DNA from: Thermomicrobiales bacterium
GTDB lineage: Bacteria > Chloroflexota > Chloroflexia > Thermomicrobiales > UBA6265
Direction: 5' to 3'
DNA length: 64,000 nucleotides
NCBI GenBank assembly: GCA_041390745.1
Contig: JAWKPJ010000001.1
Span: 355,322 to 419,321, forward strand
Under the pieces are notes generated by a model, which was not told the origin of the DNA, ran no database searches, and saw nothing but the letters and a program-made list of their open reading frames with translations. The position numbers and the translations under genes are program-made. Numbering within the stretch: position 1 is the stretch's first letter; every line of letters begins with the position of its first letter. Positions 38,596-48,376 of the stretch are shown here, piece after piece.

Positions 38596-39276
38596 TCATG
38601 AGTTGAGCAAATGACGGATGTCCTGCGCCATCAGCGCCGGGTCCATGCCGTAGGGAAACGTGAGGGCCAGCCGGCCCTGTGGATCGATCACGTACGTCTG
38701 TGTGGAGTGATCGAGGAGGTACTTTGTCGCGGAATCGGGGTACTCGACGCGATGCACGAGAACTCCGTAGTCCCGCTCCACCTGCTCCGTTTGCGCCGCG
38801 TCGCCGCGCAGACCGATGAACTCTGGATCGAAAAACGCCAGGTACTCTTTCAGCTTCTCCTGGGTATCGCGTTCCGGATCAATGGTCACCAGCACGAACT
38901 TCACCCGGTCAGCGTCGGCGCCAAGCTCCTCCTTGACCACCTGGTAATCGATCAACGTGGTCGGGCAGATATCCGGGCAGGTGGTGTATCCGAAGTAGAC
39001 CACCACCGCGTTGCCCTTGAGCTGATCGAGCGAGAATGGCTTGCCATTCGTGTCGGTCAGGTTGAGCGGCTTCGCGGCTTCTGGCTGCGCGTAGAAGCCA
39101 CCGTTATAGGTGTACGGCGCCTCCTGGCTGCGAAACACCAGAAACACCACCGCCGCCACTGCGGCGATCGCCAGGACTACGCCGCCAATCAGCGCACCCG
39201 TACCGGATGACCGCCGCCCTGCCGCCGGGACGCGGTCAGGCGCGTCAGCGGGTCCAGGCTCTGTTTGCGTACTCAT
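38596..39276 (-). CDS. SCO1/SenC family copper chaperone (cytochrome oxidase assembly)
   Basis: GGAGGA RBS then ATG (MSTQTEP). TM anchor, thioredoxin-fold with CPDICP (CxxxC) and a conserved His (...HSTQTYVIDPQGRL). Confidence 0.9.
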   Translation of the reverse strand: MSTQTEPGPADAPDRVPAAGRRSSGTGALIGGVVLAIAAVAAVVFLVFRSQEAPYTYNGGFYAQPEAAKPLNLTDTNGKPFSLDQLKGNAVVVYFGYTTCPDICPTTLIDYQVVKEELGADADRVKFVLVTIDPERDTQEKLKEYLAFFDPEFIGLRGDAAQTEQVERDYGVLVHRVEYPDSATKYLLDHSTQTYVIDPQGRLALTFPYGMDPALMAQDIRHLLNS

Positions 39277-39301
39277 ATGTTCCTCCTGTTCTGTTGCATG
39301 C

Positions 39302-40576
39302 TCACCCCTCAAACCACGCAGCCAGTTCAGCCAGCCGGGTCATCGAGTCGGTGAGCAGCAAGGCCGCCACAATCAGCACCAGCACGCCACTGGCCTGCTG
39401 CAGGCGTGGCAACCAGCGCCGGAAGCGCCCGGAACTGGCCATGAAACGATCGAGCGCAATGGTTGCGCCGAGGAAGGGAATGGCGAGACCCAGGGAGTAG
39501 ACCGCCAGCAGCGTCACGCCCTCGCGAACCGACGCCGTGGCCGCGGCGATGGTCAGGATCCCCGCCAGCGCCGGGCCGATGCAGGGTGTCCAGCCGGCGC
39601 CGAACGCGACCCCGATCAGGAAGGCTCCGGCTCCACCCGTCCGCTGGCTTGTCACCTCCGCCCGCAGCGTGCGATCCAGCCAGGGAATGCGCAGCAGGCC
39701 CAGCAGATGCAGGCCAAGCACGAGCAGGATTACGCCGCCAATGCGGGCGATCCAGGCGCGGTACTCAATCAGCCACCCACCCAGCAGCGTGGCCGACGCC
39801 CCCAGCGCGATGAACACCGCGCTAAATCCGGCCACGAACAGCAGGCCGTTCGTGAAAGTGGCCTGACGGATGCGTTGCCGGGCCTCCGGCGCGGAGGAAC
39901 TCAACTCCTTGATCGAGAGGCCAGTAATCACCCCGGCGTAGGTCGGAATGAGCGGCAGCACGCAGGGTGAGAGAAAGCTGAGCAGCCCCGCCACAAACGC
40001 GACGGGGATCGCAATCTGCGCCACCGGAGCCGCGATTTCAGAGGTGGTGTCGTCAAGCGCCGCCTGGAGAATCTCGCGGTCCGCAGGGCTGTCCTGCAGC
40101 GGCCCCTTCCAACGATACAACTCCTCGCCATTCCGTCCAATCAGCACCGTCTCCGGCACACCGGTCGTGCGAAAGGCCCGCGCGAACGTGTTTTTTGGGT
40201 CGTGCAGCAACGTGAAGGTCACGCCGGTATCGGCCGCAAACTGCTCGATCTTGCCCGCCGCCTCGCCACGGTCGATGCTGACGCCCACCACGCGCAGCCC
40301 CTGATCGCCGTACTCCTCCTGGAGGTGCTGCAACAGCGGCATCTCCTCGCGGCAGGGTTGGCACCAGGTTGCCCAGCCATTCAGCAGGACGACCTCACCG
40401 CGCAGATCGGCCAGAGAAAGTTCGCCGGAACCATCGAGCCTGGCCGCCGCGTAGGCGGGCGCCTGGTCCGCGAGGACGCTCCCGGACCCTGCTGCGCCGA
40501 GCAAACCTGTCACGATGATTGTCAGGGCTACGACCAGCGCCCGCAGGGGCCGGCGAGCCATGTTGTGCCTGCGCAT
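39302..40576 (-). CDS. Thiol:disulfide oxidoreductase fusion: TlpA/ResA-like thioredoxin domain + CcdA/DsbD transmembrane electron-transfer domain
   Basis: N-terminal signal/TM then WATWCQPC thioredoxin motif. C-terminal CcdA-like TM core with the two conserved Cys (…FLSPCVLPLIP… and …GWTPCIGPAL…). Confidence 0.85.
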   Translation of the reverse strand: MRRHNMARRPLRALVVALTIIVTGLLGAAGSGSVLADQAPAYAAARLDGSGELSLADLRGEVVLLNGWATWCQPCREEMPLLQHLQEEYGDQGLRVVGVSIDRGEAAGKIEQFAADTGVTFTLLHDPKNTFARAFRTTGVPETVLIGRNGEELYRWKGPLQDSPADREILQAALDDTTSEIAAPVAQIAIPVAFVAGLLSFLSPCVLPLIPTYAGVITGLSIKELSSSAPEARQRIRQATFTNGLLFVAGFSAVFIALGASATLLGGWLIEYRAWIARIGGVILLVLGLHLLGLLRIPWLDRTLRAEVTSQRTGGAGAFLIGVAFGAGWTPCIGPALAGILTIAAATASVREGVTLLAVYSLGLAIPFLGATIALDRFMASSGRFRRWLPRLQQASGVLVLIVAALLLTDSMTRLAELAAWFEG

Positions 40577-40578
40577 GG

Positions 40579-41919
40579 TTACGCCCCTGACGCGTCGCCC
40601 GCGAGGGAGATCGTAGCGACCTGCACGTCATGGTCACCGATATAGCCAAGAGCCAGGGCGTCGTCAGCAACGGCCAGGGTGGGGTAGACCCCGCTCAGGC
40701 CTTCCGGGCCCACGGGCGTCACGGCGCCGCCCGGTGCGATCCTGTTCAGAACGATACGCGGCGCATCCTCTCTCGCATCGGTGAAGGCAACGTAGGCGTT
40801 GCCCTGGTCATCCACAGCCAGTCGGACAGGCGTGACTGGCGCCCATTCTGCCTCAAGGAGCGCAACAGGTTCGGAAAACGCCTCGCCTGCGGCCTCGGCG
40901 ACGGCGTAGTACACGCCATTGCGGCCCTCGGCCCCGGTGAACCAGGCGACGTGCAGCCGCCCGGCGCTGTCGATGGCCAGGCCTGGGCCACTGTGCGGGC
41001 ACTGCGGCATGTGCCACCCATCCCGGTGGACCAGTTCTGCCGACGACCACGTTTCGCCGCGGTCGTCGGACCAGGCCACCACGGGGTCCCTTACGGGGTC
41101 GGAACCATCTGCCTGGTTCCACTGGTCGCGCCAGGCAAGGTACACACGGCCATCGGAGCCAAACTGCAGCCTGGGCGCGCAACAGGGGCAGGCCGGCTTG
41201 CTTACCTCCACCGTCGGCGCGAAGCTGCGCGCGCCGTCATCTGACCATGTCACGCGCAGGCTGGAGGTGGAATAGTCGTCCACAAGGCCGTTGAAGATGT
41301 CGCGGAAGTCGAGCCAGGCCACAAAGACCCGGCCATCCGGGCCAACCGCCAGGTCATGGTAGCCACCCGAGTTTGTAATCCCCTCATCGTGAGGGATTTC
41401 AATGGGCGCGTCGAAGCTGCGCCCATCGTCCGACCGCGCAATCATCACGATCTCGCGCCCGTACTTGCTCACGTCACTGGGCGGAGCGCTCAAGTAGGCA
41501 ACGTACACCGCACCGTCTGGGCCAAACCCACTCACCGGGGCCGTGGAACCAGACGCGGCGTAGCCGTCCTCACCGCTGACCAGCACCGGCTCTTCGAAGG
41601 AGTTTCCACCGTCGGTCGAGCGAGCCAGGAAGACCCGGTTGATCGCCGGGGAATCACTTGCGTGACCGCCAGCCATTGGTGTCGCATCCCCGTGTCCGGC
41701 GTGGTCAACCGCCTGCTCGGGAGCAACCCAGGTCAGGTACACATTCCCGTCGTAGGGATTAACCGCGAGCCACGGGTCCGTGCGTGCGGAACCGGCCGCC
41801 GCTCCGTGCTCGGCCAGCACGCGCACCGAGCCAACGAGCGCAAGGGCTCCGGCGGCCGCCAGCCCGCCCAGCATCTGGCGACGGGTAATCAGCGACTGCG
41901 TCGCGACTGAAAGCATCAT
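40579..41919 (-). CDS. Tat-secreted BNR (Asp-box) repeat protein, sialidase/Ycf48-like beta-propeller
   Basis: Twin-arginine signal TRRQMLGGLAAAGALAL. Repeated Asp-boxes STDGGNSF, SDDGRSF, SDDGARSF, SDDRGETW. Unusual CPCC and CPHSGPG motifs. GGAG RBS before ATGATG at 41919. Confidence 0.75.
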   Translation of the reverse strand: MMLSVATQSLITRRQMLGGLAAAGALALVGSVRVLAEHGAAAGSARTDPWLAVNPYDGNVYLTWVAPEQAVDHAGHGDATPMAGGHASDSPAINRVFLARSTDGGNSFEEPVLVSGEDGYAASGSTAPVSGFGPDGAVYVAYLSAPPSDVSKYGREIVMIARSDDGRSFDAPIEIPHDEGITNSGGYHDLAVGPDGRVFVAWLDFRDIFNGLVDDYSTSSLRVTWSDDGARSFAPTVEVSKPACPCCAPRLQFGSDGRVYLAWRDQWNQADGSDPVRDPVVAWSDDRGETWSSAELVHRDGWHMPQCPHSGPGLAIDSAGRLHVAWFTGAEGRNGVYYAVAEAAGEAFSEPVALLEAEWAPVTPVRLAVDDQGNAYVAFTDAREDAPRIVLNRIAPGGAVTPVGPEGLSGVYPTLAVADDALALGYIGDHDVQVATISLAGDASGA

Positions 41920-42031
41920 GACAAATCTCCATCCACGGCGCATGCCAACGATTTCGGCGCATGCGCGGAGGGGCACTGTCCACTCGGGTGCAATGCCAGT
42001 GTTCAGTTTGAGAGTGGCGTGGAGCAGTCGA

Positions 42032-42529
42032 TTACGGGGGTGGCGGCTCCGGCGCGGGCAGGAGGTGATTGACCGGCTGTGCCGTGGGGAGCGGCAACGG
42101 CGCGGGCACGCCCCCGGCAATGCCCACCGGGGCTGTGAAAAGCGCCACGGCAATCAGGGCCTCTGTCATTGCGCCAGCAGTCGTTGGCACAGTGGCGCGC
42201 GCCCCGGCTGAGGCGCCTTGCCGTGTGTCCGGCGCTGATGGGGCTGAGGCGTCCGCAGCCGATTCCATCTCCAAAGCGTCCGAGGCGGATGACCGCTCTG
42301 TGTGCACGTGGGCCGCAGGTCCCGCCTGAATCCCCACCTCCGTGGCGGATGCACGCAACGCAGCCACGGCCTCGGCACTCACAAAAACCGAGTGCGGGCC
42401 GTACACAGCCCCGCATTCAACGGGAACGGCGCCCAGCCCCAGCAGCACCAGCAGGGCTGCCAGGCGAACAATGACTCGCAGGTTGTCGCGCACGACACCG
42501 AACATGAGCGCACCCGCCACCCAAGGCAT
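42032..42529 (-). CDS. Hypothetical membrane protein with Pro-rich C-terminus
   Basis: From the internal Met (MPWVAGALMFGVV…LAALLVLLGLGAV) it has two predicted TM helices and a PAPEPPPP tail. The upstream Arg-rich extension was discarded. Confidence 0.3.
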   Translation of the reverse strand: MPWVAGALMFGVVRDNLRVIVRLAALLVLLGLGAVPVECGAVYGPHSVFVSAEAVAALRASATEVGIQAGPAAHVHTERSSASDALEMESAADASAPSAPDTRQGASAGARATVPTTAGAMTEALIAVALFTAPVGIAGGVPAPLPLPTAQPVNHLLPAPEPPPP

Positions 42530-42642
42530 AGGCGGACGATCCGTAGTTGCCTGTGGCCAGTCTAGCCGCCTGACCTGGCTTCGACCCCACCCTCGCGGGC
42601 AGTCCCGTCCCGCCCGTACAATGCGAACTTCACCATTACATA

Positions 42643-43650
42643 ATGCACTCACTGGAGGGACGGCGCGTGCAAGCGCACATTCACGTCGTGGTGGCTGGCG
42701 GCGACGCGGCGAGCCTGGCCGGAGCGGTCGCGCTGGCACGCTGCGGGCGCAGCGTACTGGTCATCGACGCCGGAACGCCGCGCAAAGCCCTGGCCAGCGG
42801 CATCCACAACTTCCTGACGCGCGAATGCACGCCGCTGGCGGACCTGTATGCGCTGGGCCAGGCCGAGATCCTGGAGTACGCCGGCGGGGTGATCCCCGGA
42901 CTCGTCGCAGGGTTGCGCCGGGACGAAGCAAGCGAGGGCGTTGAGGTCTCTCTGGCCGATGGACGCGCGGTGTGGGTGCGCCGTCTGCTCGTTGCCACTG
43001 GCGCCGCCGACCTCCTGCCGGTTAGCCCTGGCCTCGCCGAGCGCCGGGGCCACGACGTGTGGCATTGCCCCTTCTGCCACGGCTGGGAAGCGCGGGATGG
43101 CGCCCTTGGCGCCCCTGGCTTCGGACCCGTGGCGATGCACGCCACCCGCTCTGGCGGAAAATCAGCCCGGACGTGCCCTACTCCTGCACACCGCGCCTGC
43201 GCTGACGCCGGAGCAGGCCCAACCGCTTGCGGCGTCGGGCGTGCCCGCTGTGGAGGGCGAGGTCGCAGAACTGGTCATCGCGAATGGTCGCGTGTCCGGC
43301 CTCTGCCTGCGCACCGTTGAGATCACCTCGCGCGAGATCGTTGTGGCTGCGCCGGTCGTCCAGGCGCACGCCAATCTCCTCCGTGTTTTCGTGTTGGAGG
43401 CCGAGCCACTGGAAGCAGGCGGCCAGGTCATCGCCTCGCGGGGGCGTCTGTCCCAGCCGGCCGCACTGGCATCCCCGGCGTCTGGGTGGCGGGCGACGTG
43501 GCGGACCCCATGGGCCAGGTTATCGCTGCTGCTGTCGATGGCATGCGCGCCGGCGCTGCGATCAACCTCGACCTGATGGTCGAGGACACCGCTGCCGCCG
43601 TGGCCGTCTGTCAGGCTGCCTCAGCCCTGACGACCGAGCAGGCCGGGTGA
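42643..43650 (+). pseudogene. Thioredoxin-reductase-like FAD/NAD(P) pyridine nucleotide-disulfide oxidoreductase with two frameshifts
   Basis: Frame 1: HVVVAGGDAASLAGAVALARCGRSVLVIDAG...HCPFCHGWE. Frame 2: ...LLLHTAPALTPEQAQPLAASGVPAVEGEVAELV.... Back to frame 1: IPGVWVAGDVADPMGQVIAAAVDGMRAGAAIN...*. The shifts fall near the ggaaaatc run (about 43150) and the cgggggcg run (about 43445). Confidence 0.6.
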
Positions 43651-44060
43651 CAAGGTGAACGGCGTTCCGGCGAACTGCCGCACGCCAGCGCCGAGGTCCG
43701 CCAGCGTGATGCTGGCGAGGCGCCGATCCAGCCCACGGTTTGCCTCGGCCACCGCGTCATCAAGTGCGCCGTGCACCACCCGTTGCACGAGACAGCCATC
43801 AGGCTCGTCCGCCTTCCCGGCTGCGACATCCATCACGGGTTCGTTCAGCGCGCGCTGGACCTGCTCCAACGCAATTTCGGCAGGAGGGACGCGCCAGTTG
43901 CCCCCCACGCCTCATGCGGGAGGCCACAATACCTGCCTCGCGCAGCCCGGCAAGCGTCTGCCGCACCACGACAGGGTGTGCGCCGGAACACTCCGCTATC
44001 GCCCTGGAGGTCATGGTCGCCCCCCGCGCTGCGCCAGGTGGCGCAGCGCGGGGGCGCAAA
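43621..44060 (-). pseudogene. Rrf2 (IscR/NsrR-like) family transcriptional regulator, frameshifted
   Basis: Segments in three frames: ...LCAPALRHLAQRGGRP (Rrf2 N-terminal helix); MTSRAIAECSGAHPVVVRQTLAGLREAGIVASRMRRGG (wHTH recognition region); ...ARPPAEIALEQVQRALNEPVMDVA...ITLADL (C-terminal). Shifts are at C5/G6 homopolymers. Overlaps the 3' end of 42643-43650 (convergent). Confidence 0.5.
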
Positions 44061-44087
44061 GGCGAGGCGGGTAGCCCGCTTCCCTGC

Positions 44088-44786
44088 CTAAAGTCCCGGG
44101 CCGGCGCCGCCGGCGAGTTCAGCCAGACCCCACAGGTCTCGCCACAGGTAGTCAGGCTGCACTCGGCCAGGCGCTGCTTCCACTTTGCGGTTGATCCAGG
44201 CGGTTCGCATGCCCATCTCCTGCGCCGGGCCGATGTCGTACTTGTAGCCAAACGCCACATGCAGGATTTCGTCTGGCGCGACCCCGACCCGCTCGCACAG
44301 GCGCTCGAAGTTGTTGCGCGACGGCTTGTAGGAACCACACTGCTCCGCAGTCACCACGTCCCTGAACGGCACACCCATGTGCCTCAGGCTGTGAGCAATG
44401 AGGTCATCGTCCGTGTTGGAGAGGATCACCAGGTCCCACCCCTGCTGCCGCACCTGCTCCAGTGCGGGCCAGGTGTCCGGGAAGGGCTGCCACGAGCGCA
44501 TGGCGCGCGCCAGGTCCGCGCCATACTCCTCGCGCCAGGGATAGCCCCGCTCCGTCATCCACGCACGCAGACTGTCGGCCAGCACCGCCTTGTAGGTCAG
44601 GTAATCACCCTGGATGATGTCGAACTGGATCGCTTCCCAACGCTCGCGCAGCGTGTGGCCGTTTTCAGCCGGCTCGGGCTCGTGGCGCAGCGCCATGTCG
44701 TACAGGAAGTTGGCCAAACCGCCTTCCCAGTCAATGAGCGTCCCGAAACAATCAAAGGAAGCGACCCGGATCTGTGATGAACTCAC
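44088..44786 (-). CDS. Haloacid dehalogenase type II (HAD superfamily hydrolase)
   Basis: HAD motif I FDCFGTLID (Asp nucleophile), ...ILSNTD..., ...CGSYKP (Lys), ...HVAFGYKYDIGPAQEMGM. Size and motifs match L-2-haloacid dehalogenase-like enzymes. Confidence 0.8.
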   Translation of the reverse strand: MSSSQIRVASFDCFGTLIDWEGGLANFLYDMALRHEPEPAENGHTLRERWEAIQFDIIQGDYLTYKAVLADSLRAWMTERGYPWREEYGADLARAMRSWQPFPDTWPALEQVRQQGWDLVILSNTDDDLIAHSLRHMGVPFRDVVTAEQCGSYKPSRNNFERLCERVGVAPDEILHVAFGYKYDIGPAQEMGMRTAWINRKVEAAPGRVQPDYLWRDLWGLAELAGGAGPGL

Positions 44787-44888
44787 GAAAACTCCTCCAG
44801 GAGTGACAAGCGTATCCGGCTAGTCACGATACGCGCCTGCCAGATGCCGCGTCTTGCCCGATCCTGCTGGAGTGATGCTGATTACTGC

Positions 44889-45656
44889 TCACACATGCCA
44901 GCACGCCTCCCGGTAGCGGCCCGGCGCGCACCCGAACTGACGCGTAAAGAGGCGGGTCAAGTGGCTCTGGCTCGCGAAGCCCACGTCATGCGCGATGGCC
45001 AGCACCGTCAGGTTCGTCTCACGCAGCCGCTGCGCCGCCGCCTCCAGCCGCAGCCGGTGCACCCGGTTCACCAGCGTGCCGCCAGTTTCGGCGCGAAAGA
45101 CGCGGTGCAAATGCGACGGGCTCACCCCAACCGCCGCCGCAACCTCGGCAGCGGTCAAAGTCTCCCGAAAGTGCTCCTGCAGATAGCGCTCGGCGGCAGC
45201 GGCAATCTGCCGGTGAGTTGCTGCCGTGCCGCGAGCGTCATCGGTCGCCCGGGTTGCCGCCAGCGCCGCCACGAGGTAGCGCAGCAACGCATCGGCGACA
45301 AGCGGGTCGCCGAGTCCACCCGAACGCGCCTCCGCCTGCAGCATCGCCGTCAGCGTGATCAGCCGGACATCCTGCGCCCGAAACGTATCCGCTGGCCGCA
45401 GTGCCAGCCGGGGATCCAGCTGATCTACCGGAAAGTCGGCGACCACTATCCGGTTCGGGCTGAGGGCGTGGTAGCGATGCTCCACCTCAGGCGGGATGAC
45501 CGCCACCCGCCCGCTGCCAACCCAACCGCGCTCGCCCGGGCAATCCAGCGCGATCCGCCCCTGCGCGGGGAGCAACACCTGACAGTAGGGGTGGTGGTGC
45601 GAACGCGGCTCCCGGTCATAGGAGCGCTCGTCAACCTGCAAGACCTGGCTCAGCAC
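44889..45656 (-). CDS. AraC family transcriptional regulator (cupin N-domain + C-terminal AraC HTH)
   Basis: C-terminal AraC HTH pair (…LTAAEVAAAVGVSPSHLHRVFRAETG… and …LTVLAIAHDVGFASQSHLTRLFTRQFGCAPGRYR). Confidence 0.85.
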   Translation of the reverse strand: MLSQVLQVDERSYDREPRSHHHPYCQVLLPAQGRIALDCPGERGWVGSGRVAVIPPEVEHRYHALSPNRIVVADFPVDQLDPRLALRPADTFRAQDVRLITLTAMLQAEARSGGLGDPLVADALLRYLVAALAATRATDDARGTAATHRQIAAAAERYLQEHFRETLTAAEVAAAVGVSPSHLHRVFRAETGGTLVNRVHRLRLEAAAQRLRETNLTVLAIAHDVGFASQSHLTRLFTRQFGCAPGRYREACWHV

Positions 45657-45834
45657 GCAACAAGCTCCTGATCGCCGTCCCGCATCCCGGGCCGTCTGCG
45701 CAAGACCACCAGGAATCGGGACTTTCAGCGTATGCTACGCCGCCGGAGGAACGGGCGATGATGGGTGTGCGTTGGAAGAAACGTTACATCGCAGCCGGAA
45801 GCCCTCCGGGGCCACAACAGGACGGGTCATATTC

Positions 45835-46662
45835 ATGCGGAACCGAGTCAAGCTGATCCAGCGGTTGCTGGGCCTGATCGTCACCGTCGCGCTTCTGTGC
45901 GCGGCGCTCCCGGCGCTCCAGGCCGCCGCCGCGCCTGCGCGAAGCGGCACGAGCCCGCGCCCGGTCATGCTCATGCAGCAGGATGCCACAGACGCGACCG
46001 CCGGCTCGGTTGGACAGGACGGCACCGTCAACGGGCAGCCGCGTGAGACGAACGACGCGCCAGCGGACACGCTCAACCCTGCTGCTCCCGGCCAGGTTCT
46101 GCTGCCACCCAGCGTGCCCGGTGTGCCCGGCAATGCTAATCCGGCGCTTGCTAACGGCATTTCCAGCACCCAGGAGGCCACATTTACCGCCATCGCGGAC
46201 ACGACCGTCTTCCTTTCGTCGCCAAACTCGCCCCAGACCGAGGAGAGCATCGCCTCCCTGGCTATGGGCGGTTCACAGAACGCGGTGGCCCTGATCAGCT
46301 TCTCGGTGGAGGGACTGGGCGACGCCGTGGTCCTCGGCGCACGCCTCTCATTCCAGGGCGCGGGCCTGAACGGCGGACCCGGCGGGAGCGTCGGCGTCAT
46401 TTATGGCTACGTGACGTCGGACGGCGCGACGGCAAACGATGTCCCGTCGTACGAGAACGCTCTCAATGTCCACGGCGCTCCGGCCTGGTTCGAGCGCGTC
46501 GAGCCCGCAGGCATCACCCAGGTTGACGTCACTGGCTCCATCTCCGGCGACGGTACGCTCACCTTCGTGCTGCCAGGCCAGCCCGAGCAATCGGCTGCCA
46601 TCTATTCTTTGGAGAGCGGCGTGCCGCCGCAGTTGATCCTGACCGTGGGCGTCCCCGCGTAG
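45835..46662 (+). CDS. Secreted hypothetical protein (possible DNRLRE-like carbohydrate-binding/beta-sandwich domain)
   Basis: Signal peptide MRNRVKLIQRLLGLIVTVALLCAALPALQAAAAPA. Low-complexity linker, then a beta-rich C-terminal domain (…ALISFSVEGLGDAVVLGARLSFQGAG…GTLTFVL). Confidence 0.55.
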   Translation: MRNRVKLIQRLLGLIVTVALLCAALPALQAAAAPARSGTSPRPVMLMQQDATDATAGSVGQDGTVNGQPRETNDAPADTLNPAAPGQVLLPPSVPGVPGNANPALANGISSTQEATFTAIADTTVFLSSPNSPQTEESIASLAMGGSQNAVALISFSVEGLGDAVVLGARLSFQGAGLNGGPGGSVGVIYGYVTSDGATANDVPSYENALNVHGAPAWFERVEPAGITQVDVTGSISGDGTLTFVLPGQPEQSAAIYSLESGVPPQLILTVGVPA

Positions 46663-47229
46663 CACGCAGCGCAATCCCCCTCTGCCCCCTCGTCCCGGAT
46701 GACCTGCCCGGGACGAGGGGCTCGTCGTTGGCGGAAACTGTGCGCCGGGAACAGCGCAGGCGCGCACCTGACGCACCTCAAGAACGCGGCCACCCAGGCC
46801 ATTGCTCGCGTGGCCGCGCCGGGCTGCCACCGGGGAGGATCGCATCGCATGAGCTCGCCTGCGGGCGCTCCTCACGGATTTCGCCCACGTTGCGAAGTGG
46901 GTACCTGCTGACTCTGGAGGCCGCCCTCGCCCTTGCCGTTGCCCAGCCAGGTGATTTCCGGCGTGAGTGAGTTCGCCAACCTCTCGGAAGCGATCGGCGC
47001 CAGCCGCACCAGGATCCTCTCGCCCATCGACCTGATCCGCCAGCAACTCGCTGCCATCGCCACGCCGAGCCTGCTACTCACCGCCTACGTCATGGTCCTG
47101 GCTGAGCAGGCCGTGGCTAGCGAAGGTCAGGCAGACGCCGCCGTCGCACGCTTCTGCGTCTCGTACGTGTCCCGCAAGCCAGGAACCATGGCCATGCTGT
47201 CTGGATGGTGTCGCCTGATGGCGTGGGTG

Positions 47230-48039
47230 TCATGGACTCGGGATCGGCTGGAGGATCTCCACCTTCGGACAGCCAGCGCGCAGCAGATCGCCGACCCGCG
47301 TCCCCCTGGAGGGCTCTGCATCGAACCGGGTCGCCACCCGCGCCACCGAGTCGCGCTCGTGCGCGTCACTGCCGGCAATACCTGGCTTTCCGAACTCTGC
47401 CGCGAGCTGCTGCGCCAGCAAATTGCAGACGCCTCGCCGTTTGCTGGAGCCGTTGAGTATCTCGATGCCGTCCAGTGCCCGGATGATCTCCAGCCACCAG
47501 GCTGTTTCCTCGTTCTCCCTGAGCCAGCGCACAAACTCTGCCATATCGGTCGTGCCGTGCTCCTCGGTAAACGTGTTGAGCCGCTTGCGCAGTGGCGACC
47601 AGTGATCCATAGGGTGAGCCCAGACAATGACGCCCCCGGCCAGGTGGACCTGCCGGACAAGATCGCCAATCTCGAAATCCAGCAGCCTGCCGACCCGGGA
47701 CGCCAGGCGCTGCGCGGGCAACGACGGAGCATCCCTGATCTCTTGCTCAAGGGCCTTCAGCCGCCCGAGGACCTGATCGCGCTCCAGCGACCACACGACC
47801 GTGTTCGGCACGTCGTACACCAGAAAGTGCCCAAGGCCCGTGTTGAACTCCGCGCCGCCCAGGATAACGAAGTCGTACCGCTCCATCATCTCGTGCAGCT
47901 CCGTTTCAGGCGTGAAGCGACCGTGGTCAGTGACGCAGATTGCGTCCAGTCCGGCCTTTCTCGCCTCCTTCACGGCGTCGGTAAAGGAGAGGCTGCTGTC
48001 CTTCGACCGGCGCGTATGGAGATGCATGTCAATCAGCAC
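47230..48039 (-). CDS. PHP-domain metal-dependent phosphoesterase
   Basis: MLIDMHLHTRRS...AICVTDHG...GGAEF...VWAHP...GSDAHE, the classic PHP His/Asp metal-ligand motifs. Confidence 0.85.
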   Translation of the reverse strand: MLIDMHLHTRRSKDSSLSFTDAVKEARKAGLDAICVTDHGRFTPETELHEMMERYDFVILGGAEFNTGLGHFLVYDVPNTVVWSLERDQVLGRLKALEQEIRDAPSLPAQRLASRVGRLLDFEIGDLVRQVHLAGGVIVWAHPMDHWSPLRKRLNTFTEEHGTTDMAEFVRWLRENEETAWWLEIIRALDGIEILNGSSKRRGVCNLLAQQLAAEFGKPGIAGSDAHERDSVARVATRFDAEPSRGTRVGDLLRAGCPKVEILQPIPSP

Positions 48040-48376
48040 GCAATCACCTGCTTGCCTCCTGCATCGTCAGGCGATGAACGGTCGAAAAACACTCCGGGAC
48101 TGCCTCACGACGCGGACGTCGGGCCGGCTCCAGCGAAGCTGACAATGAAGCCCTTGTCGGCGGGCGGAGACGGGTTGATCCGTTCTAACTCCACCGGAAT
48201 CAACAGAGCGGTAAGGCACGGCAAAGCGCGGGTGAGGTTGGTGGATCGGGCTGGCGTTCCACGACGAAGTAGTGGGCTGTTCCGCATCGCGACGAGGATA
48301 AGATCGGTCCCCGGCGCCGGATGGCCATCCGCCATGGTGAAGGTAACGCTCAGGCTGGTATCGGACGCACCGGTCA

